Source: Deltaproteobacteria bacterium (GTDB taxonomy: Bacteria > Desulfobacterota > GWC2-55-46). Taken from it: a stretch of 64,000 nt of DNA. A program made the translations under genes and the position numbers. The stretch's first letter is position 1; every line of letters begins with the position of its first letter. The stretch spans positions 24,438 through 88,437 of the forward strand of contig JACRNO010000023.1 in assembly GCA_016234855.1 (NCBI GenBank). The letters run 5' to 3'. Below the pieces are notes generated by a model. That model ran no database searches. It was not told the origin of the DNA and saw nothing but the letters and a program-made list of their open reading frames with translations. This document shows positions 36,781 to 44,947 of the stretch, in pieces.

Positions 36781-39354
36781 ATGAATGAAAAGAGACCGAC
36801 GCTGATCATCATAGACGGAAGCTCCGTCATTTACAGGGCCTTCCACGCCATACCGCAGACCATCACCAACCGGTCCGGCATGCCCACGAACGCGATATAC
36901 GGTTTTACCCAGACCTTGAGGAAGATACTGGCCGACTGGAAACCGGATTATATCGGGGTCGCCTTTGACGTGAAAGGCCCGTCTTTCAGGCGAGAGCTCT
37001 TCACCGAGTACAAGGCCACAAGGCCGCCCATGCCGGACGCCCTGCAGCCGCAGATACCGTTCATCAAGCGGATAGTCACGGGCTACGGCATACCCGTGCT
37101 TGAAAAAGAGGGTTACGAGGCAGACGATATCATTGCCACGCTTGTAAAACGCCTCGGCGCGCAGGTCAAGACGAGGATAGTCACAGGCGACAAGGACATG
37201 TACCAACTCGTCGGGGATAACGTCGTGATACTCGACTACCTCGCGGGCAAAGAGTACGGAACGGCCGAGGCCGAGGCAAAATTCGGCGTCAGCCCCGCCC
37301 TGTTACGTGACCTTCTGGGACTTGCGGGCGACTCGTCGGACAACATCCCCGGGGTGCCCGGCATCGGGCCGAAGACAGCCGTAAAACTCATCGCCGAGTT
37401 CGGCTCGATAGAAGATATCTACGCCAATATAGAGAAGGTCTCTTCGGAAAAGCTCCGCGAGAAACTCCGTGCAAACAAGGCGCAGGCAGAGTTGTCAAAA
37501 GAGCTTGCAACGCTCCACCCGGACGTGGACTTTGACGCGGACCTCAAGGGCCTGCGCATGAGCGTGCTTGATAAAGAACAACTCGTACCGCTCTTCCGCG
37601 AGCTTGATTTCAAGAAGTTCCTTGCGGAGCTTGAGACCGGACAGCCCCCTGTGCTTCAGCCTGACGAGGGGCCGGATGCCGAGGTCGTAACAGGGACAGG
37701 CGTAGAGGCCGAGGCGCGGGTTCTGAAGACGGCCGGTCGCTTTGCCCTCTCGCTTGTCTTGACTGAGACCGGGCCGGGCCTGTCCGTCTGCTCCGACGGT
37801 ACACGGCCCGCCTTCATCCCGCTTGATAATGGGGCAATAGAGCGTTTGAGGGGTATACTCGAAGACGATAAGCTCGTCAAGGACACTGACGATTCAAAGG
37901 CCCTCTATCTCTTTTTCATGCGGCACGGTGTAAGGCTCAGGGGCATACGGATAGATGCTTCCCTTGCGTCGTATATCATCGACCCGTCGAGGAACGACCA
38001 CTCCATCGACGCCTTGAAGTCGGCCATGCTGAACCTTGCCCCGCATGACGGCGCACAAGGAGTACACAAAAAAGCCTGTGATATCCTGAAGTTAGCGGAT
38101 TTGCTTGATAAACAGCTAAACGATGATAATCTCATGGGAATCTATGCGGGTCTTGAGCTTCCGACTGCCGAGGTGCTGGCCTCTATGGAGCTCGCAGGCA
38201 TCAAGGTCGAGACGGAGATACTGCGCGCCCTGTCAAAAGAGATGGCATCTGACCTGGCCGTAATGGAGGCGGCCATTTACGAGGCCGCCGGAACAGAGTT
38301 TAATATCAACTCGCCCAAGCAGCTCTCAGAGGTGCTCTTCGAGCGGCTGGGGCTCAAGCCCGTAAGGAAGACAAAGACGGGTTTTTCAACCGACGAAGAG
38401 GTCTTGCGCCAACTCTCAAACAAGCACAAGGTGCCGGAGCTGATACTGAGCTTTCGCCAGACAAGCAAGCTCAAGTCCACCTACGTTGACGCCATCCTCG
38501 AACTCGTAGACCCGGCTGACGGACGCGTGCATACGTCCTTCAACCAGACGGTTACCGCGACCGGGCGCCTGTCAAGCTCGAGGCCGAACCTTCAGAATAT
38601 CCCCACCCGCACCCCGTCGGCCCTGCGCATACGCGAGGCATTTGTCGCGCCTGAGGGGTTCACCTTTCTTTCAGCCGACTATTCACAGATAGAGCTTCGC
38701 ATCGTGGCGCACCTCTCGCAGGACGCCGCTCTTATGGACGCGTTCATCAAGGACGAGGACGTGCACACGGCAACCGCAAGCGAGGTCTTCGGCGTGCTGC
38801 CCGGTCTTGTAACCCCTGAACTCAGGCACCGCGCCAAGGCAATCAACTTCGGCATCATCTACGGCATGGGCGCCTACGGCCTGTCAAGCGAGCTTAATTG
38901 CAGCGTCAAGGAGGCCGAGTCGTACATAGCGGGCTACTTTGCGCATTACAAGGCGGTCAAGGCCTTTATCGACCGCACGATAGAAGAGGCAAAGGCCATC
39001 GGCTACACCACCACCCTCTTCGGCCGCAGACGCTATATACCGGAGCTTGCAAGCCCGGTTGACGCGGTCAAACGCTTCGGCGAGCGCATGGCCGTCAATA
39101 CGCCGATACAGGGCGCGGCCGCCGATATGATAAAGGCGGCCATGGTCTCCATCCACAAAAGGCTCAACGCGGATGGCGCGGGCCGAAGCCGCATGCTCCT
39201 GCAGATACACGACGAGCTTATCTTTGAGACGCCGGTTGACGAAGCCGCCTCCCTTGCCAAACTCGTCAAGGTCGAGATGGAAGACGCAATAAGGCTCAGC
39301 GTGCCGGTCAAGGTCAATATCAAACAGGGCGCGAACTGGCGCGTGGTGGAGTAG
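36781..39354 (+). CDS. polA: DNA polymerase I
   Basis: Start MNEKRPTLIIIDGSSVIYRAFHA follows a GAGGA RBS. 5'-3' exonuclease motifs, Klenow motifs (...RRAKAINFGIIYG..., ...QIHDELIFE...). Confidence 0.95.
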   Translation: MNEKRPTLIIIDGSSVIYRAFHAIPQTITNRSGMPTNAIYGFTQTLRKILADWKPDYIGVAFDVKGPSFRRELFTEYKATRPPMPDALQPQIPFIKRIVTGYGIPVLEKEGYEADDIIATLVKRLGAQVKTRIVTGDKDMYQLVGDNVVILDYLAGKEYGTAEAEAKFGVSPALLRDLLGLAGDSSDNIPGVPGIGPKTAVKLIAEFGSIEDIYANIEKVSSEKLREKLRANKAQAELSKELATLHPDVDFDADLKGLRMSVLDKEQLVPLFRELDFKKFLAELETGQPPVLQPDEGPDAEVVTGTGVEAEARVLKTAGRFALSLVLTETGPGLSVCSDGTRPAFIPLDNGAIERLRGILEDDKLVKDTDDSKALYLFFMRHGVRLRGIRIDASLASYIIDPSRNDHSIDALKSAMLNLAPHDGAQGVHKKACDILKLADLLDKQLNDDNLMGIYAGLELPTAEVLASMELAGIKVETEILRALSKEMASDLAVMEAAIYEAAGTEFNINSPKQLSEVLFERLGLKPVRKTKTGFSTDEEVLRQLSNKHKVPELILSFRQTSKLKSTYVDAILELVDPADGRVHTSFNQTVTATGRLSSSRPNLQNIPTRTPSALRIREAFVAPEGFTFLSADYSQIELRIVAHLSQDAALMDAFIKDEDVHTATASEVFGVLPGLVTPELRHRAKAINFGIIYGMGAYGLSSELNCSVKEAESYIAGYFAHYKAVKAFIDRTIEEAKAIGYTTTLFGRRRYIPELASPVDAVKRFGERMAVNTPIQGAAADMIKAAMVSIHKRLNADGAGRSRMLLQIHDELIFETPVDEAASLAKLVKVEMEDAIRLSVPVKVNIKQGANWRVVE

Positions 39355-39363
39355 GCTTCACCC

Positions 39364-39418
39364 TTGACAGACGCAACATGGTTGTGTTATAGTCCTTTTG
39401 CAAATGCAACCTGGTTGC
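39364..39418 (+). promoter_or_regulatory. zur promoter (TTGACA, 18 nt, TATAGT) overlapping two copies of the palindrome GCAAC(A/C)TGGTTG(C) (candidate Zur/Fur box)
   Basis: ttgacagacgcaacatggttgtgttatagtccttttgcaaatgcaacctggttgc. gcaacctggttgc is a perfect 13-bp palindrome. Confidence 0.45.
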
Positions 39419-39425
39419 GAAAGAG

Positions 39426-39878
39426 ATGATAAAGACAGAAATCATATTTTCAAATCTTAAGAGAAACGGACACAGGCTGACGAAGACCCGCAAGGCCATC
39501 GTCTCGGCCCTTCTGACGAGCGAGTGCCCCCTCTCGGCCTTCGACCTGAAGGCGCGCCTGCTCGATGGAGACGTGGAGGTCAACAAGACCACCGTCTATC
39601 GCGAGCTCGCCTTTCTCGTCAAACACAACGTCATCCACGAGATCCAGTTCGGCGACGGCAAGACGCGCTACAGGGTCTGCCCGGACGGCCATCACCATCA
39701 CGCAATCTGCGTCAAGTGCAGCAAGGTCGACGAGATAATCATGGAAAACGACCTTGCCGCGCATGAGAAGAAGCTCGATAAGCTCATAAACTTCAAGGTG
39801 CTCCATCATACCCTTGAATTCTTCGGGCTCTGTAAGGCCTGTAACAACGCGGAGCTTAAGAAGAGGGCGGCAAGATGA
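39426..39878 (+). CDS. zur: Fur-family transcriptional regulator, probably zinc uptake regulator Zur
   Basis: 150 aa. DNA-binding region ...TKTRKAIVSALL.... Metal site HHHHAICVKCSKV...CKAC. Followed by znuC/znuB. Confidence 0.7.
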   Translation: MIKTEIIFSNLKRNGHRLTKTRKAIVSALLTSECPLSAFDLKARLLDGDVEVNKTTVYRELAFLVKHNVIHEIQFGDGKTRYRVCPDGHHHHAICVKCSKVDEIIMENDLAAHEKKLDKLINFKVLHHTLEFFGLCKACNNAELKKRAAR

Positions 39879-40564
39879 GCATACTCGAAGTACGCAAACT
39901 CAGCGTGGAATTCGGCCATAACCGCGTGCTCGAAGATATAAACTTCGAGGTGGAGCGCGGGGCAGTGCTCGCCATCATCGGCCCGAACGGCGCGGGCAAG
40001 ACCGTGCTTTTGAAATCTCTTATCGGCCTTCTGCCATATAATGGCGTTGTGCAGTGGGCGCCGGACGTCAGGATAGGCTACGTGCCGCAGCGCATGGACA
40101 TAGAGACCGACGTGCCGCTGACGGTCAGGGAGTTCTTTGGCCTGCGCGGAGGCGGCCTCACCCCTGACCGCATACGAGAGGTGCTGGAATTCGTCCAGCT
40201 TGACGAGCATATCCTCAACGCCGGGCTCGGCGAGATCTCCATCGGCCAGCGCCAGCGCGTGCTCGTGGCCTGGTCGGTCATAGGCTCGCCTGACGTCCTG
40301 CTCTTTGACGAGCCTACGGCCGATATCGACGTAACGGGCCAGGAATCCATCTACAAGATGCTCTATCACCTGCAGAAGAACCTGGGCCTGACGATAATCC
40401 TCGTCTCGCACGACCTGAACGTCGTCTATCGCCACGCCACGTCCGTATTGTGCCTGAACAGAAGCAAGCTCTGTTTCGGCGTGCCGCGCGAGGTGCTTTC
40501 ATCCGAACAGTTGTTGAGCCTATACGGCGGGGAGAAGGCGTTTTTCGAACATAAGCACGATTAA
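39875..40564 (+). CDS. znuC: Zinc ABC transporter ATP-binding protein
   Basis: Walker A GPNGAGKTVLLK, signature ISIGQRQRV, Walker B LLLFDEPTADID. Overlaps zur by 4 nt. Confidence 0.8.
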   Translation: MSILEVRKLSVEFGHNRVLEDINFEVERGAVLAIIGPNGAGKTVLLKSLIGLLPYNGVVQWAPDVRIGYVPQRMDIETDVPLTVREFFGLRGGGLTPDRIREVLEFVQLDEHILNAGLGEISIGQRQRVLVAWSVIGSPDVLLFDEPTADIDVTGQESIYKMLYHLQKNLGLTIILVSHDLNVVYRHATSVLCLNRSKLCFGVPREVLSSEQLLSLYGGEKAFFEHKHD

Positions 40565-40614
40565 CGGCAGGCCCGCCAGCAGAGGCTGTCAGTCCGGCAT
40601 AACATGGGCCGTGT

Positions 40615-40673
40615 AGCGCAGGCCTTCAGGCCTGCCGTCCCTTCCACGTCATGGCTGAAGCCATGAGCTACAG
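40615..40673. repeat. Hairpin-repeat pair inside the znuC-znuB spacer (ggccttcaggcc hairpin and tcatggc-tgaa-gccatga-gctacag), related to the elements at 31450-31747 and 34719-34746
   Basis: The GAGCTACAG tail and ccttcagg hairpin core recur at 31450-31475, 31727-31747 and 34719-34746. Confidence 0.45.
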
Positions 40674-40717
40674 GCCATTATTGCAAGCGCAGCACCGGAT
40701 TTTAAGAGGTACACTAC

Positions 40718-41497
40718 ATGCAGGCAACCCATATCATACTGCCGCTTATCGTCGCGGTCTTCGTGGCCGCGGGCGCAAGCCTCCTCGGCTCGTTCGCCAT
40801 ACTCAAGAGGATGTCGCTCGTGGGCGACGCCCTCTCGCACGTGGCCATGCCCGGCATCGCCCTCGCGCTCATCTTCAAGCTGAATCCCTTCATCGGGGCG
40901 GTCGTCTTCCTCTTCATCGCCGTTATCGGCATCTGGATAATCGAATACAGGAGCGCTCTGTCGCTCGATACTATAGTCGGGGTCTTCTTTACGGCCTCGC
41001 TGGCCCTCGGCGCGCTCATCATGCCGGAGCACGACCTGATAGAGACGCTCTTCGGCAACATAACGTCGCTTAGTGTGGCGGAATCCGTCGTCTCCATCGT
41101 CCTGTCGCTTACGCTCATTGCAGTGATATTCGCGCTTCACAGGAAACTCGCGCTAAACATGGTCTCGCAGGACATAGCCCAATCCATCGGCATCAGGAAC
41201 AAACGCCTCGAATTCATTTTTCTTCTGTCCTTTGCCCTTGCCGTGGCCCTCGGCATACGCTTCGTGGGCGCGCTCCTCATGGGCTCGCTCGTAATCATAC
41301 CCGCGGCCTCGGCAAAGAACGTCGCCCGCTCTCTCATGAGTTTCATGCTCGGCTCGATGGCCTTCGGCATGTTTGCGGCGGCCACGGGCATCTTCGTCGC
41401 GTACCGTTACGCGCTTACGCCAGGGCCGGTCTTCATCATAATCAGCACGCTCATATTCATCACAACCATAATGATACGTCAGTTCAGAGAGGCATAG
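40718..41497 (+). CDS. znuB: Zinc/manganese ABC transporter permease (ABC-3 family)
   Basis: 259 aa, 7-8 TM helices. ...LVGDALSHVAMPGIALA... is typical of ZnuB/MntB. Confidence 0.8.
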   Translation: MQATHIILPLIVAVFVAAGASLLGSFAILKRMSLVGDALSHVAMPGIALALIFKLNPFIGAVVFLFIAVIGIWIIEYRSALSLDTIVGVFFTASLALGALIMPEHDLIETLFGNITSLSVAESVVSIVLSLTLIAVIFALHRKLALNMVSQDIAQSIGIRNKRLEFIFLLSFALAVALGIRFVGALLMGSLVIIPAASAKNVARSLMSFMLGSMAFGMFAAATGIFVAYRYALTPGPVFIIISTLIFITTIMIRQFREA

Positions 41498-41500
41498 ACA

Positions 41501-42826
41501 ATGACAAATATCGACAGGTTCGTCAAATCCATCAAAGACCGCAAGGCGCGCATCGGGGTAATCGGACTGGGCTACGTCGGGCTGCCGCTGGTGATACGGT
41601 TCTGCGAAGAGGGGTTTCGCGTCACAGGCTTTGACGTGGATACGACGAAGACCGGCGCGCTCAACAAGGGCGTCTCCTACATCAAGCACATCCCCTCGTC
41701 ACGGATAGCCTCGATAACAAAATCCGGTGGTAAACCTCCTGCGTTTGTCGCAACGACCGATATGTCGCAATTGAAAAACATGGATGCGGTCATCATCTGC
41801 GTGCCCACGCCCTTGTCCGACAAGCGGGAGCCTGATCTAAGCTACGTCGTGGCCTCGGGCATGGAAGCGGCGCGCCATATAAAGCCCGGCGCCCTCGTCT
41901 CGCTCGAATCGACGACATATCCCGGCACTACCGAGGAGATACTCCTGCCCATGTTCGCCAAGCGCGGGATGAAGCCGGGAGTGGATTTCTTCCTCGCGTT
42001 CTCTCCTGAGCGCGAAGACCCGGGCAGGCGCGACTTCAACACGCGCACGACCCCGAAGGTGGCCGGCGGCGTGACAAAGACATGCACGCGGGCCGCGGTC
42101 GCCCTCTATTCCGCCATCATCGATAGCGTCGTCACGGTCTCGTCGGCAAAAGCGGCGGAGATGAGCAAGCTCCTTGAGAACATCTACCGGAGCGTCAACA
42201 TCGCGCTTGTAAACGAGTTGAAGATGCTCTGCGACCGCATGGACATAGACGTCTGGGAGGTCATAGACGCCGCAAAAACAAAACCGTTCGGCTTTCAGGC
42301 CTTCTATCCCGGCCCCGGGCTCGGCGGCCACTGCATCCCCATCGACCCGTTCTATCTTACGTGGAAGGCGCGCGAATACGACTTCGCTACCCGCTTTATC
42401 GAGCTTGCGGGCGAGATAAACACGAACATGCCCTACTACGTGGTACAGAAGGTCATGGAGGCTCTGAACGGACACGGCAAGTCTATTAAAGGCTCGCGCA
42501 TATTGATACTCGGCGCGGCCTACAAGAAAGACGTGGACGACATGCGCGAGTCCCCCTCCCTCGAACTCATGCGTATACTGCGCGACAAGGGCGCGGCTGT
42601 GGCCTATAACGACCCGTTCGTGCCGATTGCCGTCGGCCACAGAAAGCCGTTCAAACTGCGTTCGACAAGGCTTACTGAAAAGGCGTTAAAGGCCGCGGAC
42701 TGCGTGCTCATAGCGACCGACCATTCATCCTACGACTACGGATGGATAGTTGCGAAGAGTAGGCTCGTCGTGGATACGCGTAACGCCACAAAAGGGATTA
42801 AGAGCGTTAAGGTGGTCAAGGCGTAA
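41501..42826 (+). CDS. Nucleotide-sugar dehydrogenase (UDP-glucose/GDP-mannose dehydrogenase family, UDP-N-acetyl-D-hexosamine dehydrogenase-like)
   Basis: 441 aa. NAD-binding IGVIGLGYVGLPL, a catalytic cysteine region, and a C-terminal UDP-binding domain. Starts 4 nt after the znuB stop. Confidence 0.85.
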   Translation: MTNIDRFVKSIKDRKARIGVIGLGYVGLPLVIRFCEEGFRVTGFDVDTTKTGALNKGVSYIKHIPSSRIASITKSGGKPPAFVATTDMSQLKNMDAVIICVPTPLSDKREPDLSYVVASGMEAARHIKPGALVSLESTTYPGTTEEILLPMFAKRGMKPGVDFFLAFSPEREDPGRRDFNTRTTPKVAGGVTKTCTRAAVALYSAIIDSVVTVSSAKAAEMSKLLENIYRSVNIALVNELKMLCDRMDIDVWEVIDAAKTKPFGFQAFYPGPGLGGHCIPIDPFYLTWKAREYDFATRFIELAGEINTNMPYYVVQKVMEALNGHGKSIKGSRILILGAAYKKDVDDMRESPSLELMRILRDKGAAVAYNDPFVPIAVGHRKPFKLRSTRLTEKALKAADCVLIATDHSSYDYGWIVAKSRLVVDTRNATKGIKSVKVVKA

Positions 42827-42960
42827 GCGCCCCTTGCCCTTAAACTTTTTGCTTGATTAGCGGCCCGCAATCGTTGACAATGAGGCCATAAAAAAGATTT
42901 CCGGCACCAGGCGGTTCTCTGCAAGATAACGGTTGGCCAACAATCAACGGAGGCAAATGT

Positions 42961-43557
42961 ATGAAGATGAACAGGTCTAAAGGCGTGATGACGGGGAAGG
43001 CGCATCTTGCGTGGCTCGTGGCGCTTATAGTCTTTATCGCCGTAGGCTGCGGCGGACGCAAGAACGTAGCCACCAACGACCCATCCAGTCCACTCTACAG
43101 GGCGTCCGGGATTGATTTCCATAAGTACGACACGGCTATCATCGATCTTAACGACGTAAGCACCAATAACGGCCAGGGCGACGACGAGGTAAAGGCCACT
43201 TCGCAACAGAGCCTTGAGACGTGGCTGAAGCAGTCCGGGATATTCAAGTCGGTCAGGAATAACGGCGAGACCGTCGAAGGCAAGGCAATCGTCATCAAGG
43301 CCAAGGTAAGCGTCAACTGGGGCAGCCGCGCCGCCCGCGCCCTCGTCGGCATGGGCGCAGGCAGGGCGACGATAGCCATAACCTATAACGTTGTTGATAA
43401 GGATACCAACAAGCTCGTCGCCAAAATGGACGTATCCGACGCCATGACCGGCATGAGCGGCCAGGCCTGGGGCGGCGACGCAAAGCAGCTTGTATATCAG
43501 GGCACCGAGAAGTGGAACAAGGTCTTCATCAATAACGTCCTGCAGGGTCAGCAGTAG
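42961..43557 (+). CDS. Hypothetical lipoprotein (DUF4410-like)
   Basis: Signal peptide plus lipobox AVGCGG. No catalytic motifs recognised. Confidence 0.55.
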   Translation: MKMNRSKGVMTGKAHLAWLVALIVFIAVGCGGRKNVATNDPSSPLYRASGIDFHKYDTAIIDLNDVSTNNGQGDDEVKATSQQSLETWLKQSGIFKSVRNNGETVEGKAIVIKAKVSVNWGSRAARALVGMGAGRATIAITYNVVDKDTNKLVAKMDVSDAMTGMSGQAWGGDAKQLVYQGTEKWNKVFINNVLQGQQ

Positions 43558-43639
43558 AGGCTTCTGTGGCGTCGGGAGTTTCCTCCTGACGCATGCCACG
43601 CGCCGTCGGGAGGAAACTCCCGACGGCACAGAAATTAAA

Positions 43640-43678
43640 AGAGGCCCGCGCCGTAAGGCGCGGGCCTCTTGTTCTTTA
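43640..43678. terminator. Bidirectional rho-independent terminator between the convergent genes
   Basis: agaggcccgcgcc-gtaa-ggcgcgggcctct followed by TGTTCTTT. The reverse-strand reading is also followed by TTTTAATTT. Confidence 0.75.
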
Positions 43679-43725
43679 ACCACAGCAATACTGCAGCCCG
43701 TCCGGTTTGATGAGATACAGATGTC

Positions 43726-44331
43726 TCACTTCTTCTTGCCGTTGCAGGTAAACGAGCCTGCGAACCTGCCGTTCTCAATCCTGTAGACCGTATCGCCTGT
43801 GCATTTGAGGGTCCTGCCGGAGGAGGCGCTCCCTGTGGATTTTCCATGCGAATGTAAAAGAGGACTCACTTTATCGGGATTTGGCAAGGTTGCTTCCGTT
43901 CCCGGGGCCAGATTTTCATAACGCCTGGTGGAATTTCTAAAGCTGTCAAACTGCGCCGGGGTCATATCACCGAGTTTCTTATCACGGGACATACCCGTTT
44001 GTTTGGTTATATATCGAGTGTATTTATCAGTGTTGTTCTCCGTGGGTGGCGCATACTTCTCCATGGCCTGAGCGATAGTCTTGCTTTGATAATCTTTAGT
44101 CCTTAAGAGAGATGTCTGGGCTTTTCTACCTGTCTCAATGTCCGGAAAAACAGCCTTACCCTTGTTGCAGCCAATTGCGCCGTGGCGTTTGGAAAAGGGG
44201 CTGCAAACAAGGTTACCCGGATTATTATTCCTCCATGCAAGCGTCCCGTTCTTTTTGACAAGCACACTGCTATCCCCTGAATAGATTACCGTCATCCCTG
44301 TTTTGCCTGATGTTGCTTTTTTATACGGCAT
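43726..44331 (-). CDS. Hypothetical protein (201 aa) in an AT-rich islet; no recognisable domain, conserved-looking WRNNNPGN segment
   Basis: The ORF is in a region visibly AT-richer than the flanks. Composition is lysine/serine/threonine-rich. No signal peptide. Confidence 0.45.
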   Translation of the reverse strand: MPYKKATSGKTGMTVIYSGDSSVLVKKNGTLAWRNNNPGNLVCSPFSKRHGAIGCNKGKAVFPDIETGRKAQTSLLRTKDYQSKTIAQAMEKYAPPTENNTDKYTRYITKQTGMSRDKKLGDMTPAQFDSFRNSTRRYENLAPGTEATLPNPDKVSPLLHSHGKSTGSASSGRTLKCTGDTVYRIENGRFAGSFTCNGKKK

Positions 44332-44349
44332 ACTTATTCCTCCTTCTTT

Positions 44350-44790
44350 TTATTCAACCTGTCTTAGGCCATCCACATTCATCAAGACCTTGGTGCGATG
44401 ATGCGCGGTTTGAGCATGGAAGAGCGTGCCTGATGCAACAACCTTTTTAGATACAAGGCCTCTGTATCGCGTATATTCGTCGCCGTGAAAAACCAGATGG
44501 ATATTTTTGATATCCTTTACGGTCTCATCGTTCAACTCATCCTTCGGGTTTCCATTTATACAGACCGGCTTTTCAAGTTTAAGTATCCAGTATGTCTCCG
44601 GCTCATCGCCCTTTTCTATGCTTTCATAATTTGGCGGGCCGGGAAAGGTCTGTCTTGTAATTACTCCGGTCAGCCTGACCTTTGTCGGCTCATAAAAAAG
44701 ACACTCTTCTGCCCTTGCTTCACAAACGAAAGCGGTAAAAAGGAAAAAGGCAATGATTGTCAATGTTCGCTGAACCCATGTCTTTTTCAT
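44350..44790 (-). CDS. Secreted hypothetical protein (DUF4431-like by recollection)
   Basis: Signal peptide MKKTWVQRTLTIIAFFLFTAFVCEARA. The motif LTGVITRQTFPGPPNYESI resembles DUF4431 family members. AT-rich. Confidence 0.5.
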   Translation of the reverse strand: MKKTWVQRTLTIIAFFLFTAFVCEARAEECLFYEPTKVRLTGVITRQTFPGPPNYESIEKGDEPETYWILKLEKPVCINGNPKDELNDETVKDIKNIHLVFHGDEYTRYRGLVSKKVVASGTLFHAQTAHHRTKVLMNVDGLRQVE

Positions 44791-44880
44791 CCAAATGCCT
44801 CCGTCTACAGTATCGTGTTTTTATTCTATCCCTGAAATCTTATCTGTATGTTTTCTCAATAGAATATCTCGGAAATTATT

Positions 44881-44940
44881 CCCCCTGCCCTCGTGTGCGC
44901 TAACATTATGTCTTTTGCGCCTCACACAAGGGGAGAGGGT
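44881..44940. repeat. Family D palindromic repeat copy 2 (ccccctgccctcgtgtgcgctaacattatgtcttttgcgcctcacacaaggggagaggg)
   Basis: Matches 31671-31726 (ccccgcccccgtgtgcgctaaagttatgtatttggcgcc...) and the partial copy at 51151-51200 (cccccctctccccctg...cctcacacaaggga). Confidence 0.6.
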
Positions 44941-44947
44941 CTTCTAT

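Noticed and set aside
42736-43683. 315-aa minus-strand ORF spanning the nucleotide-sugar dehydrogenase 3' end, the lipoprotein gene and the terminator.
   Set aside because: It reads through two good plus-strand genes and a terminator hairpin, with R/P/A-rich shadow composition.
44485-44835. 116-aa plus ORF opposite the DUF4431-like gene.
   Set aside because: No RBS, Cys/Leu-rich low-complexity translation, and it overlaps a gene with a clear signal peptide.
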